Positions 38,442-48,960 of a DNA stretch of 64,000 bases are shown in pieces; the first letter of the stretch is position 1; each line of letters opens with the position of its first letter. Below the pieces are notes generated by a model. The model ran no database searches and had not been told where the DNA came from. It saw only the letters and a list, made by a program, of their open reading frames with translations. Made by a program: the position numbers and the translations under genes. This DNA comes from Rhodothermales bacterium (GTDB lineage: Bacteria; Bacteroidota; Rhodothermia; Rhodothermales; Bin80): contig OZ241385.1 of the NCBI GenBank assembly GCA_965200825.1, positions 1,134,980 through 1,198,979 on the forward strand, written 5' to 3'.

Positions 38442-39069
38442 GATTCTGTGGATATAAGAATGGTTACCTACTTGACCATAATACTAATTAGTGAGCAAGA
38501 TGTCCCACTTTCTTGGAATTTCAGGGGCTTCTTTAATGCATTAGTAAAGTAGGGCAATGACTCCAAAGCATTACTTCGATGAATTAGTCTCAGCTATGCC
38601 TGCCCAATGCTCTCATTTTTTACCTGTACTAACATTCTTCATAAGTGTAGTTTGAAGGTTTGTGACCACCGTTTTTGATCATTTGATCAGTTATTTTGGT
38701 CGAGAGAATAGTCAAAAATATAACTCAAAGAATGCTGTGAACACGAATCTCGATCTGCGAAGAAACGATATACTACCCACGCTTCCATTACATCTGCATT
38801 TGTATTAACCAAGAAATCACTTTGGAGTGGCTCTGATAACCTCTAACCTCAGCCTCGTATACCTTTCTTCCTCGACATTAAACTGTCGAATTCTACGCTA
38901 AACAGTCTAATGAATGAAACAATGCCATAATTTGCCATAATTCATAATTGTCGTGCGCTCACAAATTGATTGAGAAACATAGAAGGCTGAATTCTGTGCG
39001 AAAGCAACTGAAACTTATTGATTTATATATAATTCATTATATCGTATAAAACCTTATAAATAAGACATA

Positions 39070-39399
39070 ATGAAATCACTTTCGACCTCAACACTTCCTG
39101 TCTCTGCTCGTAAATCCTTAACGAAATTAGGGGCCGACATTACTATTGCGCGCAAAAAGCGGCGTATCACAGCGGCTTCTATGGCAGAACGTGCTTTCTT
39201 GAGTCGTAGCACTTTCACTCGAATAGAGAAGGGCGATCCAACGGTTTCGATGGGTGCCTATCTCTCTGTGTTGGCAGTCTTGGGATTGTCCAAAAACCTG
39301 GGGCAAATTGCCGATCGAGAGAACGATACACTCGGGCTGGATCTAGATGAAGACAGACTTCCAAGGCGCATCAGACCTGGAAGTCAAATCAGAGTGTGA
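39070..39399 (+). CDS. hipB: XRE-family HTH antitoxin (HipB-like)
   Basis: 109 aa. LGADITIARKKRRITAASMAERAFLSRSTFTRIEKGDP is a Cro/C1-type HTH. It ends 4 nt before the hipA ATG. Confidence 0.8.
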   Translation: MKSLSTSTLPVSARKSLTKLGADITIARKKRRITAASMAERAFLSRSTFTRIEKGDPTVSMGAYLSVLAVLGLSKNLGQIADRENDTLGLDLDEDRLPRRIRPGSQIRV

Positions 39400-39403
39400 A
39401 ACC

Positions 39404-40624
39404 ATGAGTGAAGTCGTTGAAATTCATGTGGAATTTGCTGGGAAGACACATCTTGTAGGGCGCCTCCGATATCTTGCAAAAACACGTCGCCAAAGCTCAC
39501 TGTTTGAATATTCTGACACATGGATATCGAATCCTGATGCATTTGCACTTGATCCCGCGAACTTGCAACTTCCTATACGACAACATTACTGGACCGCACA
39601 AAAGACTGCGTTGCCAGGTGCAATCAGGGACTGTGCACCTGACCGATGGGGGCGACAGCTAATTCGTCGTGCATTTCAGAAAATAGGAGACAAACGAAGA
39701 CTCTCAGAGGTAGATTATTTGCTGGCACTAAACGATTACACCAGAGTCGGGGCTCTCCGGTTTAGATATGATGGTGAATCTGATTTTCAGAATAATATTG
39801 GGCAGCTTACCGTTCCTCCTTTGATCTCGCTTCCTGTTCTCTTAAATGCTGCGATGGCCATTCAAGCAAATACGGAATCGGCTGAAGACCTGAGACTCCT
39901 ACTCAATGAAGGTTCTCCTCTTGGCGGAGCTCGCCCAAAATCAGCTGTGCTCAACAGTAAGGGAGCGTTGGCCATTGCCAAATTTCCCAAGCCAGGCGAT
40001 GATTATAGCATTCCACATGGAGAAATTCTTGCCCTTCTGCTCGCAGAGAAAGCAGGAATCAATGCTGCTAAGGGTAACCTTCAAATAGTTGGAGGCCTCC
40101 CCGTTGCCCTTATTCAGAGATTTGACCGAGTTCGCGAAGAGCGAATTCCCTTCCTGTCCGCCATGAGCCTATTGGGGCTCCAAGATGGTGACACCGCGGC
40201 CTACACAGACATTGCAGAATGCATCCGCATGTATTCTATATCTCCGACAAACGATTTACATGAACTCTGGCGGCGAATTATATTCAACGTAATGGTTAGT
40301 AATCTTGATGATCACCTGCGCAATCATGGCTTTCTGTATGCGGATAATAACCAATGGCATTTGTCTCCTGCATATGACCTGAACCCAGTGCCTAGCTACA
40401 AAAAAAGCCGTGAGTTGACTACATGGATTTCTGAAGAAGGTCCAGAAGCCGATTTAGAGCTTGCATACAGAGCAGCCCCTTATTTTGCGCTGAAATCGGG
40501 TGACGCCAAAAATATCGTGCATGAAGTTGCAGATGCTATAAAAAACTGGCAGGAATTGGCACTAAAACTGGACATGAGTAAAGCTGACATGGAGATCTAT
40601 GAGACGGCAATCAATATTCAGTAG
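39404..40624 (+). CDS. hipA: HipA-family serine/threonine kinase toxin
   Basis: 406 aa from ATG 39404 (the track ORF begins at 39347, inside hipB). It has an ATP-binding loop SPLGGARPKSAV, a catalytic motif NLDDHLRNHGF and SPAYDLNP. Confidence 0.85.
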   Translation: MSEVVEIHVEFAGKTHLVGRLRYLAKTRRQSSLFEYSDTWISNPDAFALDPANLQLPIRQHYWTAQKTALPGAIRDCAPDRWGRQLIRRAFQKIGDKRRLSEVDYLLALNDYTRVGALRFRYDGESDFQNNIGQLTVPPLISLPVLLNAAMAIQANTESAEDLRLLLNEGSPLGGARPKSAVLNSKGALAIAKFPKPGDDYSIPHGEILALLLAEKAGINAAKGNLQIVGGLPVALIQRFDRVREERIPFLSAMSLLGLQDGDTAAYTDIAECIRMYSISPTNDLHELWRRIIFNVMVSNLDDHLRNHGFLYADNNQWHLSPAYDLNPVPSYKKSRELTTWISEEGPEADLELAYRAAPYFALKSGDAKNIVHEVADAIKNWQELALKLDMSKADMEIYETAINIQ

Positions 40625-40686
40625 TTCTTTTCACAGTTCGCCAGATGCCCTCATATCTCATCACATTGCATGTCAGCTACTGAATT

Positions 40687-41610
40687 TCATTCTTTACTAT
40701 CGTTGAGATTAACAAATGTGTCCTGTGTAGATATCCGTAATAGTTGTTCCGAAGTCAGAAGAATCATATGATCGGAAACAGCAACAGCAGCAATCAATGG
40801 AGCATCAAGCTTTATCATAATCTGACTGGACAGACTTCCCCGCGTACTGTAAATTCGGATTGACTCTGGAAAAATAACCCACAACTCTTCTCCAACCACT
40901 GCAATATTGTTTAGGTCTTGACCGGTTTTGATATCCCGCTTGTACCCGCCGAAATAATCATAGATTTTGATCGCACCAAGCGCACGGTCAGCTACATAGA
41001 GTGACGTTGCATCTGTTGCAATACTCACAGGTTCTATGAGTTGGCCTGCGCCTGTTCCAAAATCCCCAATCACACGCTCCAACCTCCTACTGGCATCCCA
41101 TTTCAACACACTTTGAGAAGATGCCTCAATTGCAAATAAATCACCTGATGCACCTATTGCAACGGCGATCGGCTGTCCAAGTGCGACGGAAAACCCGTCC
41201 TGCGAATCAAGGCGAGGAGAACGCTCGAGTTCTACATGAATATCCCGTGGCACTCGAATAGTCTCCAAATGCAATAACTCTTTTGAAAATCTGAATAGAG
41301 AGCCTTTCTCTTCATCTGCAATGACCCATATCAGTCCATTACCTGGATCAATATCAGAAAGTTCTCCAAATGCCCCCGTACTCGTACCATCCAAACGCGC
41401 TCTAATTGTGCCTTGAACGTCAAGCTGAATTAATTCTGATGCCGTTACGACATAAATCAACTCCTCTGAATCAACTGCAAGAGAGTGCGCATCAGAGATA
41501 TCTGTAATCACCTCAAATCCCGTACGTAACGTGTCCTGAGCCTCTACTTGCCAAGCGAGAAATATCAGCAAAAGCAACAGGTTTATTCGAGTATTTTTCA
41601 TTCGCGTCAT
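40687..41610 (-). CDS. Secreted beta-propeller (NHL-like repeat) protein
   Basis: 307 aa with a signal peptide (LLLLLIFLAWQVEAQ). It shows repeated ~45-aa units of the ...LYVAD/ IYVV... type. ATGA overlap with the purD stop. Confidence 0.55.
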   Translation of the reverse strand: MTRMKNTRINLLLLLIFLAWQVEAQDTLRTGFEVITDISDAHSLAVDSEELIYVVTASELIQLDVQGTIRARLDGTSTGAFGELSDIDPGNGLIWVIADEEKGSLFRFSKELLHLETIRVPRDIHVELERSPRLDSQDGFSVALGQPIAVAIGASGDLFAIEASSQSVLKWDASRRLERVIGDFGTGAGQLIEPVSIATDATSLYVADRALGAIKIYDYFGGYKRDIKTGQDLNNIAVVGEELWVIFPESIRIYSTRGSLSSQIMIKLDAPLIAAVAVSDHMILLTSEQLLRISTQDTFVNLNDSKE

Positions 41611-42866
41611 AACGCACGATAACCAATATCTCGCCGTAAATGCTTTCCTTTGAAATCTATCAGACCAGCCGCTAAATAGGCAGATTCAATTGCTTTCGGG
41701 AGTGTTGAACTGATTGCTGTCACACCAAGCACACGTCCACCTGCAGTGACAATTTCTTCCCCTTCTAACTTCGTGCCAGCATGAAATACCAAGCACTTCG
41801 GCACTTCACTGGCCGCCTTGAGGCCAGTGATTGTAAAACCTTTCTCATAAGACCCGGGGTATCCATCACTGGCCAGAACAACACATGCAGCTGATTTTGA
41901 AGGACTGGGTAATCGAAGATTTCCAATCCCACCATTTGCCGAACAGAAAAACGCTTCCACGAGATCTTCTCCCATTAGCGGTAACACGACCTGAGCTTCG
42001 GGATCACCAAATCTGCAATTAAATTCAACTACTTTGGGGCCTTGGTCTGTGATCATAAGCCCTGCGTACAAGCATCCTTTGTAGAGTCTCCCCTCACGCG
42101 CCATTCCCTCAAGTACTGGTTCAATAATTCTTCTACATGTGGTACTTAACAATTCCGGCGTCATTATCGGAGCAGGAGCATATGCTCCCATTCCACCAGT
42201 GTTAGGGCCCTTGTCGTTGTCAAATATGCGTTTATGATCCTGTGCAGGATGTAACAAAACGTAATCATCCCCATCCGTGAGAATGAATACGCTCGCTTCT
42301 TCTCCCTCCATCCATTCTTCAATCACGATCTCATTCCCGGCAACCCCAAGGCTTCCCTGAACCATGAACTCATGCAACGCCTTTTCCGAATCGGCGCTGT
42401 TTTCACACATGATCGCTCCTTTACCAGCTGCCAGTCCAGAAGCTTTGACAACACATTTTCCCAACTCACGTGCATAAGCCTTTGCATCTTGAAATTGATC
42501 AGCATCGTAATATTTCCAACCGGCAGTGGGAATCCCATTGCGCTGCATGAATGATTTTGCAAATGCTTTACTGCTTTCGATTTCAGCGGCAACAGCAGAT
42601 GGGCCAAAACACGCAACCCCTCCCTCGTCAAGTGCATCGGCGATGCCATCTGCAAGTGGAACTTCGGGTCCCACTACAACTAAGTCAATGTTTTCATCTC
42701 GTGCAAATGATACAATGCCTTTGGTGTCAGTTACTTTTAACGGAATATTTTTTCCATATTCCTGGGTTCCCGGGTTTCCTGGGGCAATAAACAAGTGATC
42801 CGCATTACGCAGAATCCATGCCAGCGCATGCTCACGTCCACCGCTTCCAATGATGAGGATTCGCAT
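41607..42866 (-). CDS. purD: Phosphoribosylamine-glycine ligase
   Basis: 419 aa with MRILIIGSGGREHALAW and an ATP-grasp core. Confidence 0.95.
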   Translation of the reverse strand: MRILIIGSGGREHALAWILRNADHLFIAPGNPGTQEYGKNIPLKVTDTKGIVSFARDENIDLVVVGPEVPLADGIADALDEGGVACFGPSAVAAEIESSKAFAKSFMQRNGIPTAGWKYYDADQFQDAKAYARELGKCVVKASGLAAGKGAIMCENSADSEKALHEFMVQGSLGVAGNEIVIEEWMEGEEASVFILTDGDDYVLLHPAQDHKRIFDNDKGPNTGGMGAYAPAPIMTPELLSTTCRRIIEPVLEGMAREGRLYKGCLYAGLMITDQGPKVVEFNCRFGDPEAQVVLPLMGEDLVEAFFCSANGGIGNLRLPSPSKSAACVVLASDGYPGSYEKGFTITGLKAASEVPKCLVFHAGTKLEGEEIVTAGGRVLGVTAISSTLPKAIESAYLAAGLIDFKGKHLRRDIGYRAL

Positions 42867-42887
42867 TCTCAGAGTCTGTGTGTTGAT

Positions 42888-45452
42888 CTATAATTTTTTC
42901 AATTCGGACAAGAACAATAATGCCTGCATTGGTGTCATTTCATTCGGATCAATTTCCTGCAGTTTATCTCGTAGCGGATCCTGTATTGGTTCATCAAAAA
43001 GTGACATCTGAGTAGACTCAGCCATGAGAGGTTTATCCTGAGTAACAGTCTGTTTTGCCTCAAGCTTTTGCAGAATTTTCTTTGCTCGGTGTAGTAGTTT
43101 TAAAGGCAATCCGGCCATGCGAGCTACTTCAATCCCATAGGAATGATCTGCGCCACCACGAATCAGTTTACGCAAGAAAATCAATTTGCCTTTGTGTTCC
43201 TGAACATGAATTCTGTGATTCTGCACTCTCTCCAATCGTTCCTCCAGCGCATTAAGTTCATGATAGTGAGTTGCAAACAGGGTTCTTGCAGCAATACTGT
43301 CATTCTGGTGGATGTACTCTACCAAAGCCCAAGCAATCGAAAGTCCATCAAATGTACTGGTTCCTCGCCCCACCTCATCCAATAGGATCAATGAACTTTG
43401 AGTAGCATTATTGAGGATGTTCGCCGTTTCGTTCATCTCCACAAGAAAAGTGCTCTCCCCTGCTGCAAGATTATCCGATGCCCCAACACGAGTGAAAATT
43501 CGATCAACTATACCAATTGCAGCTTCTTTTGCTGGCACAAAGCACCCGGCCTGTGCCATTAAAACGATTAGGCCAACTTGGCGAAGAACTACACTTTTAC
43601 CCGCCATATTCGGGCCCGTAATGATATAGATTTGATTTTTATTCGGGTCCATATCTATCGAATTGGGTACAAATGAGTCAGAGAGCGATTGCTCCACGAT
43701 AGGATGCCTGCCATCTACAATTTTGAGCAGCCTGGAGTCATTAATTTCAGGTCTTACATACCTCTCTCGAACAGCAACATCGGAGAAAGCAGTCAAACAA
43801 TCCAGAACTGCAATTATTGCGCCCAGTTCCTGAAGTTGCTCCGATTTGAGAGCCAAATGAGCCCGAAGTATGTGTAACAGTTCATTCTCGAGGATTACGA
43901 TCTGCTCCTTTGCTCCGAGCACACGCTCTTCGTAGTCCTTTAATTCATCCGTGATGTATCGTTCGGCATTGACTAGAGTCTGTTTACGCACATACTCATG
44001 GGGTACTTTGTCCCGATGAACATTGGTGATTTCAAGGTAGTAACCGAACACTTTATTATATCCCACTTTGAGGGATGGAATTCCTGTTCGTTCTATTTCT
44101 CGTTTCTGGAGTGTTTCAATGAAATTTTTTCCCGAACTGGAGATTTGCAGGAGCTCGTCGAGTTTTTGATTGTAGCCCGATCGAAATATCTGTTTTCCTG
44201 ATTCGTCCAAAGCCTGATAGATCTTGGCTTCAACCTCGGGGCAAGGATCCAGAGAGTTGGCCAGTTTATTTAATATCGGGCAGCCGGTTTCATTGAGTTG
44301 AGAGATGATTTTTGGTACTTGACGCAGTGCCAGTCCTAGACTAAGTAGTTCTCGTGGAATCGCACGTTGGGTGCATATACGAGCAACGACTCGCTCAATA
44401 TCACAGATTTGTTTTAGATGCTCACTCAAACTATTTCGAATGTCTGTGCTTTGGACAAGTGTCTGAACTGCATCGAGCCTTTGATTAATCCGCTCAACAT
44501 CACGCAGTGGCTGGAAGAGCCATCTTCTCAAAGTTCTGGCACCCATGGCAGTACATGTACGATCCAAAAGATCTACCAAGGTAATTGTATTGGAATCGCC
44601 GTGAAGCGGGGCAATCAATTCAAGATTTCTGAGTGTTTGAGGGTCAAGGAGCATGGTTCCTTCATTCATCTGCCCCTGGATTTTTTTTATGTGTTCCGGC
44701 TTCCCCCGTTGGGTTTCGGTCAAATAATGAAGAACAACCCCGGCTGCAACAATTCCTTCACGAAGATGGGATACTCCAAAGCCCTTCAGGGAATGGGTTC
44801 CAAAATGTTCAAGCAGCGTGAGATTGGCAAAATCAGAATCAAAAATCCAATCCTCGCGAGTTGTAACAATATACCCGTGATTTCGGAGGTCATGTATAGA
44901 ATCACGGGCAGATTTATCAATTAGGATCTCTGAAGGCTCAATACCCTGTAAAAAATTCTTAAGTCGGAGAGACTCTATTTCTGTAACTACAAACTCACCC
45001 GTTGAAATATCTGCGTAGGAAACTCCCACCTTTTTCTTCCCAAAATGAACTCCAACCAGGTAGTTGGCCTGCTTGGGGGAAAGAATATTGTCTCTTAGTG
45101 AAACTCCAGGAGTGACGACTTCTGTCACATCTCGTTTTACCAGTGACTTGGACTGCTTTGAATCCTCTAACTGTTCACAAATTGCAACCCTGTGTCCGGC
45201 CTCAACCAATTTAGGGAGATGATTTTCAAGTGCGTGATGCGGAAATCCTGCCAGAGGTACAGTACTGGCAGCACCATTCGATCGTTTTGTCAAGACAATT
45301 CCGAGAACATCACTCGCTTTCACGGCATCATCTTCAAATGTCTCATAAAAATCGCCCATGCGAAATAGCAGCAAAGTTCCCGGATTTTCCCCTTTAATCC
45401 GGTAATACTGTTGCATCAGCGGTGTCTGGCCTTTGTTAATTTCCGGCATCAA
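42888..45452 (-). CDS. mutS: DNA mismatch repair protein MutS
   Basis: 854 aa with TPLMQQYYRIK, Walker A GPNMAGKS and FATHYHEL. Confidence 0.95.
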   Translation of the reverse strand: MMPEINKGQTPLMQQYYRIKGENPGTLLLFRMGDFYETFEDDAVKASDVLGIVLTKRSNGAASTVPLAGFPHHALENHLPKLVEAGHRVAICEQLEDSKQSKSLVKRDVTEVVTPGVSLRDNILSPKQANYLVGVHFGKKKVGVSYADISTGEFVVTEIESLRLKNFLQGIEPSEILIDKSARDSIHDLRNHGYIVTTREDWIFDSDFANLTLLEHFGTHSLKGFGVSHLREGIVAAGVVLHYLTETQRGKPEHIKKIQGQMNEGTMLLDPQTLRNLELIAPLHGDSNTITLVDLLDRTCTAMGARTLRRWLFQPLRDVERINQRLDAVQTLVQSTDIRNSLSEHLKQICDIERVVARICTQRAIPRELLSLGLALRQVPKIISQLNETGCPILNKLANSLDPCPEVEAKIYQALDESGKQIFRSGYNQKLDELLQISSSGKNFIETLQKREIERTGIPSLKVGYNKVFGYYLEITNVHRDKVPHEYVRKQTLVNAERYITDELKDYEERVLGAKEQIVILENELLHILRAHLALKSEQLQELGAIIAVLDCLTAFSDVAVRERYVRPEINDSRLLKIVDGRHPIVEQSLSDSFVPNSIDMDPNKNQIYIITGPNMAGKSVVLRQVGLIVLMAQAGCFVPAKEAAIGIVDRIFTRVGASDNLAAGESTFLVEMNETANILNNATQSSLILLDEVGRGTSTFDGLSIAWALVEYIHQNDSIAARTLFATHYHELNALEERLERVQNHRIHVQEHKGKLIFLRKLIRGGADHSYGIEVARMAGLPLKLLHRAKKILQKLEAKQTVTQDKPLMAESTQMSLFDEPIQDPLRDKLQEIDPNEMTPMQALLFLSELKKL

Positions 45453-45464
45453 TCAGGATAAACC

Positions 45465-46880
45465 TCAACGTTGATCATATGAATAGCCCGTCCATAGAGC
45501 GAGTGTATCCCTTAAAGATCCAATATATGCATCTTGCTCGCTACTCCATTTAATGATTTGCTCAAAATGATCCGCCCATCCGGGATAGTCCATTTCTTCT
45601 CCAATTACATTATGCCATAAAACTACCCCTATTCCACCGAATTTCTTGCACAATTTGAGTAACTCAACACTTCTCTGGACCGCTTCGTCAACATTATATT
45701 TCTGTCGATTAAAGAGTGCGCCATCCATAAGTAGAAGAGGTATTTCCCAGAGGTCCAAGACTTTATTCCTAGCGCAATCAAATTTCAAAAACGGAAGGCA
45801 TGTTCCATTACGAAATCCTGCGCATTCTGCAAATCCAAGAGATGAATCAATTCTGAAACCTGCTCTCATCTGTATCTGCGGAGTAATTGCGGGCTCGTAT
45901 CGTAGAAAATGTTGGCGAACGCTAACCGGAGATATCCCAACTAATTTTGTAAGAGCATGGCGCTCTTTACGCAAGTACTTAGGATGAGAATAAGCATGAT
46001 AGCTGGGATGTAGTCCGATTTCAAAATGATCTGATTGCAATTCACGAACAATATTCTGTATAAAAATCTGATCCAGTCTGTAGTTTACATCATTCGGGCC
46101 ATGAGCGGCTGTCTTCAAAAATACAGTAGCACTCCCATAAGTTCGAATCAATCGATGCATTCTTTTCAACGCTATTTGAAATGCGTCTCCGGGTGTGCAA
46201 TAACTTCTAATAAATTGAAACAGTCTACGCCATCGCCGACTCATATTCACCTTGCGGTGATTGAGAAGGAAGTAGAGAACTTTTTCCCTGTATATCATCC
46301 CCGGCCTCCAGTGCCGGAGATAGTCAACATCAATCGTTGGACAGAATGCCCAGTTTTTTCCTGACCAGGTTCTATGCTCTGTATGGACTTCAGCAACAGC
46401 TAGCTTCTCTCGAAGAATGTCTCGATAAAACTCCACAACAGGGAGATGAGTTGTGTTAAGTACTGACTGTAGTGATGCTTTATGAGGAAAACGACCATGC
46501 TGATCTCGGCTGTGGACAGTATGCTCCTGCCAACCCGATAACCAATAGAACGCAGAGGCGACGAGGTCTTCTCCCCTTTCAGATGAAAACAGAATTGGAA
46601 TATTGTAGCCAGAGTAATGTCTCCATTTGACCGAGGTCGGGTTCAAGGATGTGGAGTGATCAAAAAACTCTTCCGCTCTATTTGAAAAGGAGCATACGGT
46701 GACTCCTGAATGAAGACCGGCAGGATGATGCCCATAATAGAGTCCTCCACGACTCAGCTCGCTGCGGGACTTAAATATCGGACCCAAACCAAGCGAGCCA
46801 AGTAACATGCGGATGCTGTACTCTGCCTTTGGCCGGTAACTCCGACCCACTTCAAGGCATACGGGAATTTTTGAATTCAT
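45465..46880 (-). CDS. Hypothetical protein, possibly a polysaccharide-deacetylase-like metal hydrolase
   Basis: 471 aa. The TIDVDY and GLHPSYHAYSH segments resemble NodB-type Asp and His motifs. This is a weak motif-level call. The ORF ends 12 nt before the mutS start. Confidence 0.45.
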   Translation of the reverse strand: MNSKIPVCLEVGRSYRPKAEYSIRMLLGSLGLGPIFKSRSELSRGGLYYGHHPAGLHSGVTVCSFSNRAEEFFDHSTSLNPTSVKWRHYSGYNIPILFSSERGEDLVASAFYWLSGWQEHTVHSRDQHGRFPHKASLQSVLNTTHLPVVEFYRDILREKLAVAEVHTEHRTWSGKNWAFCPTIDVDYLRHWRPGMIYREKVLYFLLNHRKVNMSRRWRRLFQFIRSYCTPGDAFQIALKRMHRLIRTYGSATVFLKTAAHGPNDVNYRLDQIFIQNIVRELQSDHFEIGLHPSYHAYSHPKYLRKERHALTKLVGISPVSVRQHFLRYEPAITPQIQMRAGFRIDSSLGFAECAGFRNGTCLPFLKFDCARNKVLDLWEIPLLLMDGALFNRQKYNVDEAVQRSVELLKLCKKFGGIGVVLWHNVIGEEMDYPGWADHFEQIIKWSSEQDAYIGSLRDTLALWTGYSYDQR

Positions 46881-46978
46881 AGGTTGTCGTTTGCACTGAA
46901 GTCCTGCGATCTTTGGATCAAATTAAGCAGTAGTATCTATATGTGAAAGAATCGCTTGAACTCTTCAGCCTATAGGTA

Positions 46979-48253
46979 ATGCCCCAAAATATCATAGTAC
47001 TTTCAGATCCAGTTCATGGGTTTATCAAAGTACCCCAAAAGATAATTCAACCGCTCTTGGCATCACGTGAAATTCAAAGGCTTCGACAAATTAAACAGTT
47101 GGGTATGGGGTACATTGTTTATCCCACAGCTGAGCACAGCCGATTCACTCACGCTTTGGGGGCGATGGCACTCCTCTCGGATGCAATCGAAAGTTTGGAG
47201 CTCAAAGGAGTTAATATTGATTCCGATGAAAAGATCGCTGCCTTGGCCGCTATCTTGCTTCATGACATAGGCCATAGCCCTTTCTCGCATACGCTTGAAT
47301 TTAAATTGATTGAGGAAACAAGTCATGAAGAGATTAGCCTGGCTCTGATTCGACGTCTTAAACTGCATATGGACGGGCCTCTGGATATGGTTATTCAAAT
47401 GTTGGAAGGAACATATGAGCGTCCATTCTTTTGTGATTTGATCTCAAGTCAACTGGATATGGATCGTCTGGATTATCTACGAAGAGATTCTCATTTTACC
47501 GGGGTTGTTGAAGGAAATATCGGTATTGATCGAATTCTGAGAATATTATGTGTTCATCCGAAGGAGGGTGGCGCTGATTCCTGTCTGGCTATTGAATCCA
47601 AGGGGGTTTATGCAGTTGAAAATGTGCTCATTGCCAGAAGGCTGATGTACTGGCAAGTATATCTGCACAAGACCGTAATCGCTGCGGATTTTGTTCTTTG
47701 TGGGGCCATCAGGCGGGCGCGGGACCTCATTGCTTTGGGGGACGATGTCGCGGTAAGCGGCATTTCTCCGGCACTGCACTGGTTTCTGAAGCGAGAAATA
47801 AATTGTACGATGCTTTTGGATGATGAGGTTCTGGATCACTTCTTGGATTTGGATGATACGGAAATCATTTGTAGCCTGAAGAAATGGTGCCACAGCAGAG
47901 ATCCCATTCTTTCGGATTTATCACGCCGCATTATGAACAGAGATCTTTTTCGTTGCACTTTTCTTGATGAGCCCCCAAGCCAGGATTTGCTCCCTATATG
48001 GCGGGAGCGCGTAACTAGAGCTCTCAAGAAAATAGGGATCAAGGAGCCGAATGCACACACCTACTACCTGATTGTAAATCATTCCAGTCATGCCGCTTAT
48101 GAACCAGATGAAGGTATTGTACATGTTCTTGATCCCCGAGGAAATCTGATCAATCTTGATCAATATGCAGATTCGACCTCGATTAGCGCTCTGACTAATT
48201 TTGTGAAAAAACCTTACGTCTGCTACCTGAAGTCCGCAGATTTATTAGACTAA
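46979..48253 (+). CDS. HD-domain phosphohydrolase (COG1078/SAMHD1-like)
   Basis: 424 aa with DPVHGFIKV, REIQRLRQIKQLG, AEHSRFTHALG and LLHDIGHSPFSH. Confidence 0.85.
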   Translation: MPQNIIVLSDPVHGFIKVPQKIIQPLLASREIQRLRQIKQLGMGYIVYPTAEHSRFTHALGAMALLSDAIESLELKGVNIDSDEKIAALAAILLHDIGHSPFSHTLEFKLIEETSHEEISLALIRRLKLHMDGPLDMVIQMLEGTYERPFFCDLISSQLDMDRLDYLRRDSHFTGVVEGNIGIDRILRILCVHPKEGGADSCLAIESKGVYAVENVLIARRLMYWQVYLHKTVIAADFVLCGAIRRARDLIALGDDVAVSGISPALHWFLKREINCTMLLDDEVLDHFLDLDDTEIICSLKKWCHSRDPILSDLSRRIMNRDLFRCTFLDEPPSQDLLPIWRERVTRALKKIGIKEPNAHTYYLIVNHSSHAAYEPDEGIVHVLDPRGNLINLDQYADSTSISALTNFVKKPYVCYLKSADLLD

Positions 48254-48378
48254 CAAACACTTGCTGATTTGAATCCAACCGGCAGCTAAAAATCCTACTA
48301 ACGTAAGAACTCAAAGCATGAATTTACGATCAGAATAGAAAATTTCCACAAATGTCAACCTTCTATCTGAATCCTCAT

Positions 48379-48960
48379 TTACCCCTCCTTCAAATCACAA
48401 GCAATCGATGCACTGCTATCCAGATAGTATAATTCGGGCAATTCACGAAGTCCCTCAGCAATATCCAAACCGTATCCAACAATAAATTCTCCGTTGGAGA
48501 TAAATCCAACATAATCCACCTCTACGGGGCTGCCGTTTACTTTCACCAAGGATACAACTGTAACAGATTTCGGTGCAAAACCTTGAAGCTTTTGGCGTAC
48601 ATAAGTCAGTGTCGTGCCCGAATCTATAATGTCTTCAACCAAAATCACATGCTGATCACGGAGATCCAAAATCGGTGACATGATCTCTTGAATCGATTGT
48701 TTACTTGTAGTCTGGGTACCGTAAGAACTCAGCCGCCAAAAGTCTACCTTACATGGTACCTTGATTTCTCGAATCAGGTCTGCCGTAAATATAAAAGCTC
48801 CGTTCAAAATTCCGATTACGATTGGATGGTTCTCCCGATGCGCATCTGTGAGAGAATTTCCCATTTCCTTGATTCGTGAGGCAATTGTATCTGAATCCTT
48901 AAACAATTTCAAATGCCTACCATGAACGATTTTAATTTCGTTTGAAACAGAGTCTGGCAT
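48379..48960 (-). CDS. hpt: Hypoxanthine phosphoribosyltransferase
   Basis: 193 aa with the PRPP-binding motif VILVEDIIDSGTTL. Confidence 0.9.
   Translation of the reverse strand: MPDSVSNEIKIVHGRHLKLFKDSDTIASRIKEMGNSLTDAHRENHPIVIGILNGAFIFTADLIREIKVPCKVDFWRLSSYGTQTTSKQSIQEIMSPILDLRDQHVILVEDIIDSGTTLTYVRQKLQGFAPKSVTVVSLVKVNGSPVEVDYVGFISNGEFIVGYGLDIAEGLRELPELYYLDSSASIACDLKEG

Noticed and set aside
38442-39069. Searched the minus strand upstream of ilvB for an Ile/Leu/Val-rich leader peptide and attenuator
   Set aside because: The short ORFs found (for example MIKNGGHKPSNYTYEEC and MEAWVVYRFFADRDS...) have no run of branched-chain codons, and no terminator/antiterminator pair was evident.
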